A DNA stretch of 64,000 nucleotides from the human T2T-CHM13v2.0 reference genome, Homo sapiens. The stretch's first letter is position 1. The number at the start of each line of letters is the position of its first letter. Below are positions 42,962-59,838 of the stretch, one piece after another. The notes under the pieces were generated by a model. It made no database searches, was not told the origin of the DNA, and saw only the letters and a program-made list of their open reading frames with translations. Location of the stretch: assembly GCF_009914755.1 (NCBI RefSeq), contig NC_060936.1; one strand, written 5' to 3'. A program made the translations under genes and the position numbers.

Positions 42962-43071
42962 GCAATCCTTAGGTGTCACATGGCCCTCTAGTGGAAGGGA
43001 TGCTCAGCTGGACCGAGGCAACTGCAGGATATTCCCGGGGAGTTGTTACCCAAGGGATTGCTTTTATTCAG
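42962..43071 (+). other. ZDHHC17: Candidate stop-containing (poison) cassette exon in intron 7, reads AILRCHMAL*
   Basis: ctttttgtctag|GCA acceptor, CAG|gtaatc donor; 110 nt, GC-richer than its flanks; TAG at 42989-42991 in frame with exon 7. Confidence 0.7.
42979..42997 (-). promoter_or_regulatory. CTCF-like binding motif
   Basis: Minus strand CTTCCACTAGAGGGCCATG contains core CCACTAGAGGGC; motif only. Confidence 0.45.
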
Positions 43072-44309
43072 GTAATCTTTATAGTTTGGATTAATTAGCT
43101 GGTTCTGACAACTTAGGTGATGGAATTTTGGAATAGGTAAGGCAATATTTTAAAGTAAATATCCCTATTTGTGGAAGACTCCTAGATTAGCCCATTTCTT
43201 ATTAAATACCATTGATCTTTATATTAAAGGATTGGTTGGGCTTTTTGTTGTTTTGTAATAGTTGTTGCTGTTGGTGGCAGTGGTGTGTTTTATTTTGTTG
43301 TTTATTTTTATTTTATAATATTAAATAAACTATACTTAATAAGTAATCATCCCTCATAAATAAGGCACCCCAAGGCTCTTTATTGCTTTATTCTTTTTGA
43401 CCTTGTTTTTGGAAATAAAATTTCAGTGGTTTTACTTTTTAAAAGTAATTTTGAATATTCATCTTTACATTCTTGAAACTTTGGTAAGCATTTAAAGTTT
43501 TGCTTTTCTATTTGAAGAAGTAGATAAATAGTGGAACACATTAAATAAATGGAAATGTAGGTGTCTGACTAATTTGCAAAAGGAGAAATAAGATTTTAAA
43601 TTTTAAATTAGTTAAGGCAAAAAGAAGCATAGACCTAAAATTGGGAATGCTTATTTGTTTCTTACTTTGATACATTTTATTCCTATCATGTAAATTCCCT
43701 GGCATTCTTTTTCTTAGGATTAAAGGGAGATACAAATTCATAACTTGAATTTGCTATTTTTTAAAATCATTTCTCGTTTACTTTGGAAACTTCTGGGTGG
43801 GTGAATGAATATAAATCAAGAATGCCAGTACAATAGTGGTAGAAGTAGAGACTGACTTTTCCTTTTCTTTCCTATTCTCTTCTGAAGACTCTTATCATTG
43901 TTGAAATAAAACTGAGAGATTTCTGGCAACTTGATATTATAGCAAGGTGTTTTGTAGCAATAACTATTACTAATGAAATTTTTAAAGAATATGAAATAAC
44001 TGATAAACTTAGTGATAGCCTCTGATCCAGCAGGTACTAAAATACCTACTTTTTGATTTGCTCTCTAATATGTCAAAATACAGGCAAAAATAAAATCTAC
44101 GGAATATGATGAGAAAATACATTTTGTGATTATTCTTTGGGAAAGCGTAATAAGAAACATGTAATGATGCAGGTGTTTTTAGTAATTTACACAATGTCAA
44201 AACAACGTTAATAGGGCAGTAAATTAATTTTTATAGAAGTTCTTTAAAGGTAACTAAGATAGCCTGCTTTTAAACTTTTAATAGGAATTTCTTCTGTTTA
44301 TATTATCAG

Positions 44310-44435
44310 GGCGAATCAGCGCTTGATTTGGCAAAACAGAGAAAAAATGTGTGGATGATCAACCACTTACAAGAGGCAAGGCAAGCAAAAGGATATGACA
44401 ATCCGTCCTTCCTTAGAAAGCTGAAAGCTGATAAG
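44310..44435 (+). CDS. ZDHHC17: Exon 8 (GESALDLAKQRKNVWMINHLQEARQAKGYDNPSFLRKLKADK)
   Basis: ttatcag|GGC acceptor, AAG|gtaaac donor; 126 nt, phase 0-0. Confidence 0.95.
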
Positions 44436-44454
44436 GTAAACTCATAACTGAAGA

Positions 44455-44766
44455 TTTTTTTTTTTTTTTTTTTTGAGACGGAGTTTCGCTCTTGTTGCCC
44501 AGGCTGGAGTGCAGTGGCGAGATTTTGGCTCACTGCAATCCCTGCCTCTCGGTTTAAAGTGATTCTTGTGCCTCAGCCTCCTAAGTAGCTGGGATTACAG
44601 GTGCCCATCACCATGCCCAGCTAATATTTGTATTTTTTTTTTAGTACAGATGGGGTTTCACCGTGTTGGCCATGGTGACTTCAGATGACTTCACCTGACT
44701 TCAGGTGATACTCCCACCTCGGCCTCCCAAAGTGCTGGGAATACAGGCATGAGCCACCGCGCCCAG
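44455..44766 (-). mobile_element. AluS starting 20 nt after the exon 8 donor
   Basis: TSD ctgaagatttt (44448-44458, 44767-44777). Confidence 0.92.
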
Positions 44767-46541
44767 CTGAAGATTTTCGATATATAATTTTTTAAGTAGG
44801 ATTCTTAGGAACACTTACTTAGCATGAGTATTTACAGCCTTTAATTTTGGCATTTCTCAATGTAATTTTTAAAATATTATTATACTCAGAATAAATGAAG
44901 GTAAATAACAAAGTTTCCAAGGGCTCTTACCTACGTGGTTGGTGACCTTTTGGGGCTGTCTAATAATTAAGAAGGATGGGTATATATGAAATTATTTAAA
45001 TCTCCATCGGCTACTCGTGTACATTTTGGTTCATTGATTCAACTGGCCTTTGTTAAGTAATAGATAAAAATAAAGGTTTTTCTAGTGAATGCTTGTTTGT
45101 TAGTATGATAATAAATTGTGAAATAGCTTAGTTCTAATACATATCTTTTTAAACTACTCACAACTCCAGCTCTAACTTGAGCTTTGCATTCTTTTGTGAT
45201 ATGTTGTATACCTTTTTTCAGAGAGCTTATATTCTTGACCTTTCTATGGAAAACTCATTTTAGATCATCCATATACCTTCAGTTTTAAATTGTATGACTG
45301 TTGGCTCAGTTGCCTGATTATATGATACTAAAACTTAGAATATTTTCCCCCAGAGAGGGGGTCTAGGTTCTGCACAATCTTATTTCCCACAAAAAAGAAG
45401 TTAATTGCCGTAGAGTTTCTTTATGTACCTAAATAATTGTCAAGATGTCTGCTAACTTGTCAGTAATCACAACTTGAGTAGCATTAAGTTTTGAGTACCA
45501 TCTTTTGTATATCGTGTTTAGGCTGTTCTAGTGGCAATGTTGATTATTTAAAGTTAATATTGATCTATCTGTTACCAAGGCAAAAAGACAAATTTAGGAT
45601 AAAGAGAAGCAGTCTTGAAAGCAGTGCCTCCTTTATTTATAGGAGTTTGGACTTCTTTAATCAGTTGAAAAGTCCCCTGGTCCGTTACTTAGAAGAATTA
45701 GATTCATAGTTTATAAACTTGGCTGTTTTCAGCCCTATAAGCTGAGACTAATGAACAATTTTTGCATGCCATGTTAACTCTTCTGTTTAATTATTAGATA
45801 TGATCTAGAAAATGATTTATTTTGTGTTGCTCAGTTTTCTAGGATTTAGAGCAGTTTTGCTCAACAGAGTGAAAAATGGCTGTCTTATGATAATTAGGCT
45901 AGTAAAAAAAAATCTTGTGTTACTTTGGAAAATCCCACAATATTGGCACTTTCGTTTTGTTGAATGTGAATATTTTGAAGTTTTATTTTATATATATATA
46001 TACACACACACACATATAGTCATAAATGACTTACAAATTTTAGATGTTGCATTAATATGTAAAGTTACTTATGGCATTATTAAACTATACATCAGGTTTA
46101 TGTGTTTGGATATGATTTTTTAAAAAGAACTTCATTAAAAGTTTAGTGCAATTTTAACATTTGTATACGATTGTGGTCAGTTCAGAAATGGAGTTTCTTT
46201 CCTGTTTTTTTTCATTAGTAGCTTTAAATATATTAAAATTTTTATAAAGGTTCCTTTTAAAGCCTATGATGATTGGGAGAGTGATATTTAAAGGTTGAAA
46301 GTAACCATCATATATTTAAAAATTATGATGATTAGGGGACCTGTGAGATTAAGCATCTGTAATTATGTAGACTGTTCTTTCTTTTTCCATGTCACATTGG
46401 AAAAGTTTCAGTCATTAACATGTTTTGATTTGCTAGCCTGTGAAGTGTGTTTTATATTTAAAACTAAGAAAGTAGTGACACCTAAGACTCAATAGTGTTT
46501 TATTTTAAAAAGTCATTCCCTTAAGAAAAATAAAAATATCA

Positions 46542-46893
<352 letters not shown>

Positions 46894-46939
46894 TTACGGT
46901 TAAATAAATCTTCTTAATAAGTTGGAGGGACATCTTTAA

Positions 46940-47215
46940 ATTAGTATTTAGAGGGGATTTGGGAGTAGGAGGGAAGTTGGCTATAAAAGGGCAATATGAG
47001 GAATCCTTTTAAGTAGTGGAAATATTCTGTAGCTGGACTATATCAAGGTTAGTTTCCTGGTTGTGACATGCTACTGTTACCATTGTTGTGATATGCTACT
47101 GTGATACGCTAGATGTTACCATTGGGGGACAAAGGATATTTAGGATCTGTCTGTATTATTTATTACAACTGTGTGTGAATCTATAATTATTCCAAAATAA
47201 GAAGTTTAATTTAAA
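46940..47215 (+). mobile_element. L1MC-type 3' end
   Basis: ggctataaaagggcaatatgaggaatcc ... gatgttaccattggggga ... tgtgaatctataattattccaaaataa. Confidence 0.7.
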
Positions 47216-47729
47216 AAGAGGCTTCTGAATCTAGGTGGTGGATAGACTTCACTATATAATTCTTTCACATTTACTATATAGTTGAAAATTTTCCTAATAT
47301 AAGAGAAAATAGATTTCTCACATAGCAGCACATTACCATTATATTTTTATAGTACCATTTTATGTACCCATACACTCTCTGTCTCCTGAGTAGTAAATCT
47401 TCTCTAATGTCTTGATATAAAGTTCATACTTATTAGAAAAAAGAATTGGATTAGTTATTTTGCTGCAGCATAAAATTAAAGCCTGAAATTGATGTTTAAT
47501 TATTACTCTAAGTTAAAATTACACATTTAGTTCAGAAAATGAATTACAGTGGTCAAATTGGGGAAGACATGGTCATTTATATGAAAAAAAAAATCCCACT
47601 TATTTCAGTGGAAGCTGATAGTATGAAAGGGGTGCTAAAAATGTGTAATATAACCTTAGCTTTTAGGAAGATAAATATTCAGTAAGGAAAGCAGTGTTCA
47701 TACTCTGCTTTGTTAGACCACAGCTGGGG

Positions 47730-48020
47730 TTTTCTTTTTTCTTTTGGTGTGTGTGACAGGGTTTCATTTTGTTGCCCAGGCTCACGACAGCCTTGACCCT
47801 TGACTTCCCTGGGCTCAGGTAATCCTCCCACCTCAGGCTCCCGAATAGCTGGGATACAGTACAGGTGCGTGCTACCATGCCCAGATAATTTTTGTATTTT
47901 TTGTAGAGACATGTTTTTGCCATGTTGCCCAGGCTGCCCTACAACTCTTGGGCTCAAGCGATTCTCTTGTCTAGGCCTCCCAAAGTGTTGGGATTAAAGG
48001 CATGAGCCACCATGCCCTGC
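47730..48020 (-). mobile_element. AluJ
   Basis: Diverged antisense dimer. Confidence 0.85.
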
Positions 48021-48810
48021 CTTGAATATCTTACATAGTTTTGTGACCTAAGGTAACTGAACAGAGACTTGATAACTGGCTATAAGTTTGTGAAGGGCTC
48101 TTACATGGAAGAGGCAGTAGACTTTCTTTGGTTGCTATAAAGATAAAATTGTGATAGAAGTTACCAGGAGTTATGTAGGTTTTATACTTACAAGTATGGA
48201 CTTTAACAACCGGACCAGTACAGAAATGAAATGGAAATACCTTTGGAGTATTGAGCACTCTGCCTTGATCTTTGTTCAGAGACACATCTCTTCATTCAGT
48301 GAACTCTAGGAGCCTATGGATTGTTTGCTTTTATTCTTTATCTCATTTTAAGATTTTAATATACTATTTATCATTTGAAATGTCTACTCCAGGCAAGCAT
48401 CTTCAGGTTTCCTTATGTGTTATAATTCTTATACTATTAGTCATTCTAGTTGTCCTTGTCTCCCTGGTTATCAGTGCCCCTGTTAAAAAGGGGTGGTATT
48501 TTTCATGAACTGTTTGCTAGCCAGTGTATGTGTTAAGCAGGTAGTACTGTCTTCTATATTTAACCATATAGAACCAACTGCTATAACTTCTGTTCTTATT
48601 TTCCACAATTTTAGCAAAGTTATTTAAAATTGTTCAATGCCTGTCTCCAGAAGACAGACACCAGCACCTTGAATAGTACTGATACATAGCATGCAAATTT
48701 GAGTGAATGAATTTCACCCGCTGTTGCATGCCTTCACAAAGGTAACAATGATTCAGATTGAGATTACTTGAAACATGCAAAAACTTTTCTAATTTTTTGT
48801 TTCTATACAG

Positions 48811-48953
48811 GAATTTCGGCAGAAAGTAATGTTAGGAACTCCTTTCCTAGTTATTTGGCTGGTTGGGTTTATAGCAGACCTAAATATTGATTCTTGGCTC
48901 ATTAAAGGGCTAATGTATGGTGGTGTTTGGGCTACAGTACAGTTTCTTTCAAA
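48811..48953 (+). CDS. ZDHHC17: Exon 9 (EFRQKVMLGTPFLVIWLVGFIADLNIDSWLIKGLMYGGVWATVQFLSK), transmembrane segments
   Basis: ctatacag|GAA acceptor, AA|gtaagt donor; 143 nt. Confidence 0.95.
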
Positions 48954-50292
48954 GTAAGTGTGTTGTTTTTAACTATATTTTAAACTGTACATGAAATAAT
49001 ATAATTTGTACTCTTGTATAAAATTAATGTTTGTATGTTGTACATTTGATCTTAATTTATTTAAATAATTTAGACATCTATATGTGAAATATGAGATTTT
49101 TTAAACATTGTTATGTTATTAAAATGATTCAGAGGCACTTTAATGATAAAAGCTAGCATATAATTTTTAACACTAAAACATAGTTTGAGAAATATTTGAA
49201 ATATTTCAGTAAAAGTGAATTTGAGTCTGTTGAACTCTAACATACATATTGTTAATTTCCAGGTAATTACAATACTTGAGCTCGCCTTTCTATAGGAATT
49301 ATATTTTCCTGTAGAAAATAAGGCATAAACAATAAGCAAGGAAGAGGTTTTATTTCTAGTAGCAAGGTAAAGTCTAAGCATAGTTGTGAAGTCGGCTGAG
49401 TTTTTAAGATTATTTTCTCCCTCTTTTTTCTTTAAACATCATGATCATTCCGTTTTCTTCTTATTCTTAAGTCTCATTGCTCTAAAGTTACCTATCCAAC
49501 AAACCTAGACAGGTGTGTGATCTAGAATTTCCCATCTAATTTCCAGTCCTTTAGTATCTTATTTTCACTTGCATTTCAGAAAAGAATTCTGAAAATAATT
49601 CACACAGAGATGAGAATGACTAGTATTATAATATGCTGAGTGGCTTAAATCTAGTTAGTGAATCTCATTTTAGTATTTCTAGAGTCTCCAAGGGGTATAA
49701 ATAGGAAGTCACTAAGACCTCCTGCCTATATGGATAGTTGATTCTGTTCATGTTTAATAAATGGATTAATGTTTGTTTTTCCCCAATTTTAAGTATTAAA
49801 AACACAACCCTTCAGTTTCACTAAGTTGGCCAGTTCATTCTACTTGAAAAGATGTGCTCCAACTTTTGCTGGAGTGTTATAGGTAAGGAGAAATAATGAT
49901 GAAACAGAGAAAAATGTGAGGCTTGGTTTGGATTCGTTTGTCAAAATTTTGACACATCTTTGGTGAATAGTATGCTGGATGATAGCTACTATATATACTA
50001 AAGTCAGTTATTGACTTTAAGAGAATAGGAGTGCGCTAAAATTCTGAAACTGAAAAGTATATGGAATGTAATTTAAATTTGGGGGGAATTAAAAGGAACT
50101 TCAGAATCTTGCTGAGTCTTTCAGCTGTGAACTAATTTTTATTGATTACTATGAAAAATTGAGCATCCTGAACTCTGGATTCTGGTGAAACCAATGCTTA
50201 CTATACAAAATGTGTGTCATTTTCATTTAAATAAATACTCATTTTTACAATGAAATATAGAGCTCATATTTTATAAAACTTGTGTTTTACAG

Positions 50293-50393
50293 ATCCTTTT
50301 TCGATCATTCAATGCATAGTGCATTGCCCCTTGGGATATATTTGGCAACCAAATTCTGGATGTATGTGACGTGGTTCTTCTGGTTTTGGAATG
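50293..50393 (+). CDS. ZDHHC17: Exon 10 (SFFDHSMHSALPLGIYLATKFWMYVTWFFWFWN)
   Basis: ttttacag|A acceptor; ends G|atatccttt (U12 donor); 101 nt. Confidence 0.94.
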
Positions 50394-50711
50394 ATATCCT
50401 TTGGTTATAAAGATCATACCAAAAACAAATTTTGTTTGTTATTTGAATAGATGTTTAATAATTTGACATTAGGACTGATCTACTCATTCATAATACATTA
50501 AAATAGTGTTCCTAGAAAATTTAGTAAACTAATATAAGTAATGTTTTTAAATATTTAATAGGTTGCTTTTGAAAGCTGTCTTTAATAACAGCATATAAAT
50601 AATAGTAGCTATCATTTATTGAGTGTTTAAAAGGCATTTTTTGACTACTCATTTAATCCACATTTCATAAATTAGTATTGTTATCCCCCTTTTCCCCCTT
50701 TTTGTTCCATA

Positions 50712-51410
<699 letters not shown>

Positions 51411-51754
51411 CCATTTTATACTTGAGAAAAATTTAGGCTTAATGAGTCTTAGTCTCTAATCAAGTTGGGATTGAAACTTGTATTTTTCTAATTAAGCATA
51501 TTTTAAGCCTTTCTACCAAATGGTGATTTTTATGTTTTGGTATCAAACTATTTTCACTAAATATTTTTTTAATACCACTACTTATTTTGTTGTGGTAAAT
51601 AAGAGTTAATCTTCTCACCTCTTTTGCCTTCATGAAAAGGTGTTTCATCTCTTTTGCCTTCATGAAAAGCATGTAATGCTGTATTTTCACATATTTGCTA
51701 ACTTGAGCAAATTAACAGTGTAGTATACTTACCCTATTTAAACAAAATTTTAAT

Positions 51755-51897
51755 TTTTTTAACCTGTTCCCCAGGTTGGAGTGCAGTGGCACAATCATGG
51801 CTCACTGCAGCTTGAACTCCTGGGCTCCAGCAATCCGTCTGCCTGAGCCTCCCAAGCAGCTGGGACTACAGGCGTGCACCACCACGACTGGCTAATA
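51755..51897 (-). mobile_element. Alu right monomer (FRAM/AluJ)
   Basis: Antisense monomer. Confidence 0.8.
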
Positions 51898-53152
51898 TAC
51901 TTTTTAAAACTAATATAATTGAAATTGTAACTGTGCCTGTGTGCCAATAAAGACAGCAAGCCAATGCCAATTTTTGATATTTTTACATAGAAAAAGTTCA
52001 GTCAGCAAGTTAGACTGATTTATTGTAATAAAGGAACATGTTTCATAAGTGTTAAATATTTTTCAAAACATTACAAAAAGTATATGATATGTTTTAAATG
52101 ATATGCAGCTTTTGGTGACTTGTAACTGTTCTAAACAATTTTAGTTATTAATACCTGGTTTTGTTTCACAGCCTTGCATATCATAATATTGTATTCTTTT
52201 TATTAAGTCCCCTTGTGTTTTAGTTGAAACACAAAATGTGCTTATTTTATTTTTGAGACCTAAGGCACAGAATTGTAACTACACTTTTAATTCTTAATAT
52301 TTTTACTGCATTATGTAATTTCAGAAAGTATAGTACCTTTAAATATTTTCTTAGTTTAAGTATCTATTGAATTCTTCCATATGGCAGTTTTCACTAACAA
52401 ATTCTAGCCTTTTATTATACTTTGACTTAAAAATTGTTCCTCAAGGATTTATTAAGCATTAGAATTGCCATATTGGAACACTTAGTATGAGTAAAACAGA
52501 TCTGTTGGTTTTCATTACCTCATCTATTTTAAGCTTACAATAAGCATTGACCTCTGAAATGACTTTAGTATTCCAGACATATTTTCTAACTTTGTGTTTC
52601 CTAAATTGGACATTAAAGTTTATGTTTGAGGAAAAAACTCAGAATCAGATCTCAAAATGTTAAACTGTTTCTGTACTCCTATAATGTGTAAGTGGCAAGA
52701 AGCAGGAAAATCAGTAACTTACCAAATAATGAAAAATTAATGCTAGAGAGCATTATATAGTAAAATTTCATTTTTTCCTTTATTCAGAGTTAGTATAAAA
52801 TAGCTAAATCTAGGGAAATAGTATAAAATAGCTAAAACTGGGAATTGAAAATAAGAGAGGCAAATTTTGAAGGAAAGACCAGAACAATCAAGTCTATTTA
52901 GCTTACCCTATTTGAATACTTCTGCCTTTAAAATAGATTGATATAGTTTTCATTTTGTAAATACATTGAATAAGTTGCATGTAAATTTTTCAAATAAAAA
53001 TTGCAGTATGAGAATACCAAGTTTTATTCTTACGTGTCTGTAAAGGGGAGATAATAGTAGCACTGTCTCCAAGTTCTTGAGAAAATAAACACCTGAGGAC
53101 ATACCTGACATGTAAAAAGTGCTAAATAAGTGCACCTTATCATTTCTGATGA

Positions 53153-53842
<690 letters not shown>

Positions 53843-54295
53843 TCACAGTTTGTTTGAACATTTGTGTATGTGTAAATGATACTCATGGAATATGTGATGA
53901 AATCACTAATTAATTTAAATCCCAATTATGCGAGGAAAACTGTATACTTCATGTTATAGAAGAGCTGTATCTCTAGGCCCTCTACGATTTTGGAACTATG
54001 TTTTTCTCCCAGTTTTATAAAGCCAGTAAGAGAAGCTTAAGAAACCTTTAGGAAGGGAACAGAAAAGAACACAGAGTAGGTTATAATGGAGGCACAAAGG
54101 ATGTTAGACAGGAAATAGCCACAAGGCTTATAATATATGGTGCTGATTCAGGTACCTTAAGATAAAATAGCAGTTGTCCAGGATCACTTCTGATGACCTC
54201 AGGCTCCTTTCTGTTGCTTTTACCACTTTTCTTGTGCAACTCATGGCTACATATGTAATTAAAACTGATTAGACTAGTTTTGAAAACTAGAATTA

Positions 54296-54910
54296 TAGTT
54301 GTTTTTCATTATTCACAGTAGTTCTGTGAAGTTGCTGCAAGCACTGAATTAGAAAATACTGAACCATTGTTCCTAAGAGTAATACAGAGTTAGGTTCCTA
54401 TGTGGCTCTGGTCACAACAGTATTGATCATCAGTTGATCACTACATAACCTTGTTTACATGTGTTTCTGTTTTAAAAAACTTTATTTAATATGTATTGTT
54501 GATTCATTAATATTGAACTTATGGCCAACAGCACTATAGCTCATTCCTGAATGAAGCTTATCTAACACATGTATTTTTTCTGTAAAGCACATCACAGCCT
54601 CCTTGTGCTTAAGAGCGTGATAGCACTTCAGCACTGTGCTTGAGGGCCCTTTTAAACGGCAAAATCTACACAAAAGCACAACAGCGTGGCCCTAAATAGA
54701 CCATGTAAAGGACACTTGTTTATAGTTTGAGAACTAAAACAAGACAGAATGTTGCTTTGCTCAGCCTCAGCTGAGAATGTGCACATTTGGTGACTCAAAT
54801 TTTTCACTGTTTTGTTCATGCCCGTTGAATTCATGGCACTTTTTCAGTGCCATGAATATTGATTTTGGTGTTACAAATAAATTTTATCATGGAGGTGTGA
54901 GGATCAACTG
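54296..54910. mobile_element. MER82 (Tigger-family) element
   Basis: cactgaattagaaaatactgaaccattgttcctaagagtaatacagagttaggttcc ... gaggatcaactg-TA. Confidence 0.8.
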
Positions 54911-55410
54911 TATAAACTTTATTTTGGTTTCCTACATAATCTGATACCCAGCTTATTAAGTTACTTAATAAGTTTTTATGGTGATAATGAATTTTACATT
55001 GATGTAAACTGTTTGTTCTAGTAAGTTCTTACTGTTCCATTCTTTGAATAATTATTTCCCCATAAAACACCTTATGTTTATTTGGTGCTTTTTGGTTTAT
55101 AGTTTTTCAGATATATCATTTTACTTGGTTTTCCAAATAATTATTTGATTTTTTTAAAAAACTATACAAATCTTAATACCATTTTCTAACTGATGGAAAG
55201 ACTGAGGCTCTGAGAAGTTGTTATGTCTTGCTCAAAGTCACATAGGTGGGAAATTATTAAGAGTTTGGTGTTGGATTCAGCTTTCTGGCCTGATTCAGTG
55301 TATCTTCAAATGTCCTTATATTATACTCTGAATATAATTTTAAGTTCATAAACCCTCCTGGAAAACAGTTTGGAAGCCTCTAGAATGATCTTTAAAAATA
55401 CCCTTTAATT

Positions 55411-55717
55411 GGCCGGGCATGGTGGCTCACGCCTGTAATCCCAGCACTTTGGGAGGCCAAGGCAGGCGGATCACGAGGTCAGGAGACCGAGACCATCCTG
55501 GCTAACATGGTGAAACCCCGTCTCTACTAAAAATACAAAAAATTAGCCGGGCATGGTGGCGGGTGCCTGTAGTCCCAGCTATTCGGGAGGCTGAGGCAGG
55601 AGAATGGCATGAACCTGGGGATGCGGAGCTTGCAGTGAGCCGAGATTGCGCCACTGCACTCCAGCCTGGGCAACAGAGCGAGACTCTGTCTCAAAAAAAT
55701 AATAAATAAAAATAAAT
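55411..55717 (+). mobile_element. AluY
   Basis: AluY diagnostics; TSD aaataccctttaat. Confidence 0.93.
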
Positions 55718-56639
55718 ACCCTTTAATCTCTTAATCATGTGTCAGTAGGTAATCAGATGTAAGACCAAAGATTTATTTACAAGGATGTTTCTCTTCGTAT
55801 TATTTATAGTAGGGGAAAAAATGAAAACAACCTGAATAGCCAACCTAAATAGGGTGAGAGTTTTATCAGTTACGCTACCTATGGAATGGTATTACATAAC
55901 CACTAAAATACTTTCCTGCCTTAATGATATGGGCTCATATTTAAGATACAATAAGTGAAAAAATACTAAATTATATTTACAGAATGAAGTTTAAAATGCA
56001 CAGAGGAAAAGAGCTGGAAGTGAATATGTATCATTTTAGCAGTGGTTATCTCTAGGAATTGGACTCATGACTGATTTTATTTGGTTTCTTGCATTTTTAT
56101 TTATTTTTAAAAATTTTTTCTCTGACTATGCTTCTTTTATTATAATTAAACAAATCTAAAATTGACTGACATAGTATAGTCAACTGCTTATTGTGTTGAC
56201 AACACTTTTGAAATATTGACAAAAGTTTATTAGAAATTTTATGTCTGAAAATAAGTAATTTTTCAATGTGGCTTTAAGTTAATTGAGCTTCTTTAAACTC
56301 AAGAAGGATATAAACTGTGCAGAATCTGGGATGATTACATATATTAAAAAATCAAGAATGTGCAGAATTAATTATCTCCCATGCATTCCCTCTTAAGCAT
56401 TTTTTTCTGTAGGTTACTTGTTAGACTTCTCTGTTTTCTGTGTATCTCTCCCAGTTTCCTTTTAATACCCTCTAAGCTTTTTAATGTCTATCTTCAGTTA
56501 TCCAATCACCACTTTTCATGAATTTTAATAATATTGCTGTATATCTTTTTTTCCCACAAGAGTTTCTCTGAGGTTATTAAAGATATTCTATAATTTACAT
56601 TCTCAATCATGTGCATTTGACTACTGTAAATGAAGATGG

Positions 56640-58900
<2,261 letters not shown>

Positions 58901-59026
58901 CAAATCCTGAAGAGTGGACACTACATTTCTGAACCAGTTTACCTTTAGATTTTGTTTATTTATCATCTCTGGTCTCCATGGGGTTTTCTTACTAACAGCT
59001 CAGCAACACATTTAAAATGATTCAGG

Positions 59027-59392
59027 TTTTTGTGTTTTTTTGATACAGAGTTTTACTCTGTTTCCCAGGCTGGAGTGCAGTGGCGTGATCTTGATTCAGG
59101 GCAACCTCTGCCTCCCAGGTTCAGGTGGCTCTTGTGCCTCAGACTCTCAAGTAGCTAGGATTACAGGCATGTGCCACCACACCTGGCTATTTTCTATTTT
59201 TAGTAGAGACAGGGTCTACAAAAACTAAAAAAATTAGCCGGGTGTGGTGGTGCGTGCCTATAGTCCCAGCTACTCAGGAGGTTGAGGCAGTAGGACCCTT
59301 TGAGCCTAGGAGTTCAAGACTGCAGTAAGATATGATTATGCCACTGCACTCTGGCCTGGGCAACAGAGTGAGACCTTGTCTCTGTTAAAAAA
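59027..59392. mobile_element. Two Alu right halves fused head-to-head (minus 59027-59216, plus 59216-59392)
   Basis: ...tttagtagagacagggt|ctacaaaaactaaaaaaattagccggg... Confidence 0.85.
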
Positions 59393-59697
59393 CTCTTTAC
59401 TTAAGAACACATTTGTTACCATTGAGATTAAAAAACAACCAGTATGTTTCAGAGGATGTTAATCATTGTCCCTCAGATTTTCTTAATATACAGTGTGTCT
59501 TTTCAGGATGCAGTATTTAAAATGGAGGTTATATTTGTATACTATATGTAATTTATAAAAATGAAGGTTTTCTTTTATCTGAAATTTTCTGTTAGGATCT
59601 CTGAATTCTGTTTGATGTATTTATTAATTCTGGGATAAAACTATCCATGTGTTGAATTATCTTTGTCATCTGTGTTCATACTTTTGTCTCTACTCTT

Positions 59698-59838
59698 TAT
59701 TATTATCATTATTATTATTTTTTGAGATGGAGGTCTCACTATGTTGGCCAGGCTGGTCTTGAACTGCTGGGCTTAAGTGATCTTCTGGCTTTAGCCTCCT
59801 GAGTAGCTGGAATTATAGGTGCATGCCACCATGTCCAG
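59698..59838 (-). mobile_element. FLAM monomer
   Basis: Single antisense monomer with (TTA)n tail. Confidence 0.8.
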
